Shown one piece after another: positions 61,602 through 64,000 of a stretch of DNA of 64,000 nt. Location of the stretch: NCBI GenBank assembly GCA_963825525.1, contig CAWGTN010000002.1, positions 128,001 to 192,000 of the forward strand. The letters run 5' to 3'. Within the stretch, counting starts at the first letter, position 1. The number at the start of each line of letters is the position of its first letter. Made by a program: the position numbers and the translations under genes. This stretch comes from an uncultured Chloroflexia bacterium (lineage in GTDB: Bacteria > Chloroflexota > Limnocylindria > QHBO01). The notes beneath the pieces are model-generated. The model was given only the letters and a program-made list of their open reading frames with translations. It was not told the origin of the DNA and searched no databases.

Positions 61602-62303
61602 GTGATAGTTGATCGCGTCGCGACAGCCGATCTGACAGAAGCGCTTGACTCTAGTTTCCTGGCCGCGGTGGATCCTGGCGTGCGGTCACGACTTGTAGCG
61701 GACGGCCGAGTCCTGACCATCCCCGCCGCGTACATGTTGGTCGACGGATATCGCGAGTTCGGCGGGATCGTGATGTCCGGGCTGCTGCGTGTGTTCGCTC
61801 AGGCAAGCGATGGGCGGCCGAGCATCACGTATCGGAATGCCGCCCGCGGAGATGCCGTCGGCCTTGGAGCTCTTCTCGGCGTTCAGGACGAGATCTGGGT
61901 CGAGACGATAACCCCCGCGACTGTGCTCTCACTCCGACTGGCAAGCGTGAGATTTTATTGCGGCACGGACGCCTCGCTCGCGCTCGCGCTGGCCGGGGAG
62001 GCCATGCGGCGCCTGCAGTCGACCACTCGCGAACTTCGCCTGTGGGCTCGCGGGACCGTGCGCGATCGCACGATTAGATGCCTGCTCGACATGGCACAGG
62101 GCGCGGATGGAGGTGTACCCACGTGTGTGCGGGTTAGTCACGAGCAACTCGCGGAACGGGTCGGCTCAACACGCGAGGTAGTCACCCGGGCGCTAGGACA
62201 CCTCGAGCGAATCGGTCTCGTGCGATTAGGGCGTGGTCAGGTCAAAATACCCGACATCGTTCTGTTGAGCCGAGAGATTCATGCAATCTCCGAGACTCGC
62301 TGA
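61602..62303 (+). CDS. Crp/Fnr family transcriptional regulator
   Basis: cNMP-binding-like barrel; HEQLAERVGSTREVVTRAL HTH; GGAGGGAG RBS. Confidence 0.88.
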   Translation: MIVDRVATADLTEALDSSFLAAVDPGVRSRLVADGRVLTIPAAYMLVDGYREFGGIVMSGLLRVFAQASDGRPSITYRNAARGDAVGLGALLGVQDEIWVETITPATVLSLRLASVRFYCGTDASLALALAGEAMRRLQSTTRELRLWARGTVRDRTIRCLLDMAQGADGGVPTCVRVSHEQLAERVGSTREVVTRALGHLERIGLVRLGRGQVKIPDIVLLSREIHAISETR

Positions 62304-62473
62304 TGCATCCAGGCCACAGCCGGCTGGGGCTGCTTGATTCACGATGGACGAGATTGCAGGGATGCCGTCCAAAGGAGATCGCTGCGCCGAGGACAATCTC
62401 GCCCCGTTGATCCAAGAAGAGAGACCGAAGAAGCCGATTCAGCCGCATTTGCCCTTCCCTCCCGAGGTCCATC

Positions 62474-63042
62474 GTGATGGTGTTGGGGCATGCCTGTCAC
62501 CGACCTGCCTCTCGGTTCCGCCCCCCGAGCCTTGCGCCCACGCGCAACGATCTACGACGGTGGTGGGGGAGCGTGGCGGGCTTCTCGCCGAGCACGCGTG
62601 GCCACCTGCTCGGCATGGTCCGCGCCTTCTACGCCGAGGCCGTCGAGCGCACCTGGGTCGTCGCAGATCCCTCTAAGGGCATCAGGGCCCCACACCGCGA
62701 GAATGACGACGAGACGCCTGCGCTTACGCGGGAAGAGGCGCTCCGTCTGATCGCTTCCATCCGGGCGGAATGCGACCACCCCGAGCGAGGCATCATCGCC
62801 CGTCGGGACCTGGCGATCGTCGCCGTGATGCTACGCATGTGCCTGCGCTGTAACGAGGTGCATTGGCTCCGCTGGCGCGCCCTGCAGACGCTGGACGGCC
62901 GCCGCGTCCTGAAGTTCCTCGGCAAGTTCCGCAAGTGGGGGGACCCTGTACGTGCCACCCGACGTCGACGAGACACTCGCCGCGTGGCGGGAAAGCTATC
63001 GCGCACAGGTAGGCGTGGACTTCCATGGGCGGCGTCGCGATT
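62474..63042 (+). pseudogene. Truncated tyrosine recombinase
   Basis: Core-binding-like region, PALTREEA..L, RDLAIVAVM..CLRCNEV and GK; cut by the repeat before HxxR and the catalytic Tyr. Confidence 0.75.
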
Positions 63043-63564
63043 GAACGTCACCACGCAGATGCGGTCGGCGGGCACGCCCCGGGCGAGCAGGACGGCGATC
63101 CTGGCGACCATGGTGGTCGTCTTGCCACTCCCCGCGGGCGCGATGATCTGCGCCGGACCGTCCGGCAGCGTCGCGGCCTGGCGTTGCTCATCGTCGAGCG
63201 CGCCGAGGATGGTGTCGAGCGCGGCCGCCGTGGCCGCCGCAGTTTCCATCCGACGGATTGTTCGGGGATCGGCTTACCGTGGGCTCATCGCCCGCTTACC
63301 GAGGTCAGTGAGCCACCCCACCGGCACCGATGCGGGCGAGGCCGTATCCTTTCCGCCGCGCCAGCCTTTCGGCGGGCCAACGAGGACCGAGCACCTTCCA
63401 TGAATCCCGCGTGAGACGTCCGGCAGCCGTGGCGTTCAGCGACGACACCGTCCCGTACGATCGTGAGCTCATCCGCTCCGGTGGCACCGCGCGGCGAGCC
63501 GATCGGCGCCAGGCATCACGTCCGGAGCCGCCCCGTAGGCGCGCGCAACGACGCCGGCGCCGTC
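63024..63564. repeat. Right copy of the direct repeat, containing an orphan helicase 5' fragment (63024-63249, minus strand)
   Basis: Encodes METAAATAAALDTILG...TFNRDAAH and then diverges. Confidence 0.9.
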
Positions 63565-64000
63565 CCGGTTCCTTCTTCCGCACCCTGCGGACGCTCCTGC
63601 TGCTCGTCCTGCTGGCGGCCATCGTGGTCGGTGTTCTGCTCTTCCTGCGGGGTGGAACGTTCAACGCGGCCGTCTCGAGCGCGCCGTACCCATCCACCGC
63701 GCTGCTGTGGGACCTCAACGGGAGCGAACGGGTCAACGTGCTCATGGTCGGCTACGGCGGCGGTGATCACGACGGCGCGTACCTCGCCGATTCGATCCAG
63801 GTCCTCTCGATCGATCCCTCGACCAATACCACCACCACGATCCCGATCCCGCGCGACCTGTGGATCGAGGGCATCGATGCCTTCAGCCAGAACGGCAAGG
63901 TCAACGAGGTCTACGCCGTCGGCCACGGGTCGGTCGACGGTGACGAGTCGGCTCGGCTGGATGCGGCCGGCGCGCGAATGGCCGAGGTTCTCACCGAGGT
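63429..64000 (+). CDS. LCP (LytR-CpsA-Psr) family protein, partial
   Basis: Read manually: TM helix, RVNVLMVGYGG..H.G..LADSIQV, IPIPRDLW, KVNEVY. Confidence 0.88.
   Translation, partial: MAFSDDTVPYDRELIRSGGTARRADRRQASRPEPPRRRAQRRRRRPGSFFRTLRTLLLLVLLAAIVVGVLLFLRGGTFNAAVSSAPYPSTALLWDLNGSERVNVLMVGYGGGDHDGAYLADSIQVLSIDPSTNTTTTIPIPRDLWIEGIDAFSQNGKVNEVYAVGHGSVDGDESARLDAAGARMAEVLTE

Larger units (their letters stand above)
58536..63023. mobile_element. Degenerate genomic island between duplicated helicase 5' ends
   Basis: AT-richer composition, flanking direct repeats, tyrosine recombinase remnant. Confidence 0.7.

Noticed and set aside
62474-63403. SSV-type split integrase completed on excision
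   Set aside because: No HxxR/Tyr-containing C-terminal half is visible at the left junction; the continuation is antisense helicase sequence.

Overview
High-GC bacterial chromosome window. The gene content and a GAAC-N4-GTTC SOS box suggest Chloroflexota or a related Terrabacteria lineage (inference). Many single-base frameshifts in essential genes are best explained as long-read consensus errors. The backbone carries dnaE, polA-mutM-coaE, uvrB, uvrA, a UvrD-like helicase, tad genes, ABC transporters, ECF sigma factors and tRNA-Leu(CAA). The main discovery is a 6,987-bp cargo transposon (29440-36426) with 26-bp terminal inverted repeats and an 8-bp target-site duplication that is exactly the 3' end (CGGCACCA) of tRNA-Leu. 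It encodes a Mutator/IS256-like DDE protein fused to C-terminal zinc-ribbon repeats, a PIN/DUF433 toxin-antitoxin pair, a DUF4236-TPR protein and an ECF/anti-sigma pair. Other accessory signals: a palindromic REP/BIME-like 180-bp tandem repeat attached to an HTH-PD-(D/E)xK nuclease gene; an island bracketed by duplicated helicase 5' ends, with a truncated tyrosine recombinase and a Crp-regulated secreted metalloprotease cluster; a duplicated VOC gene half next to a HEPN-motif gene; three ECF41-type promoters; and a segment-permuted solute-binding protein.
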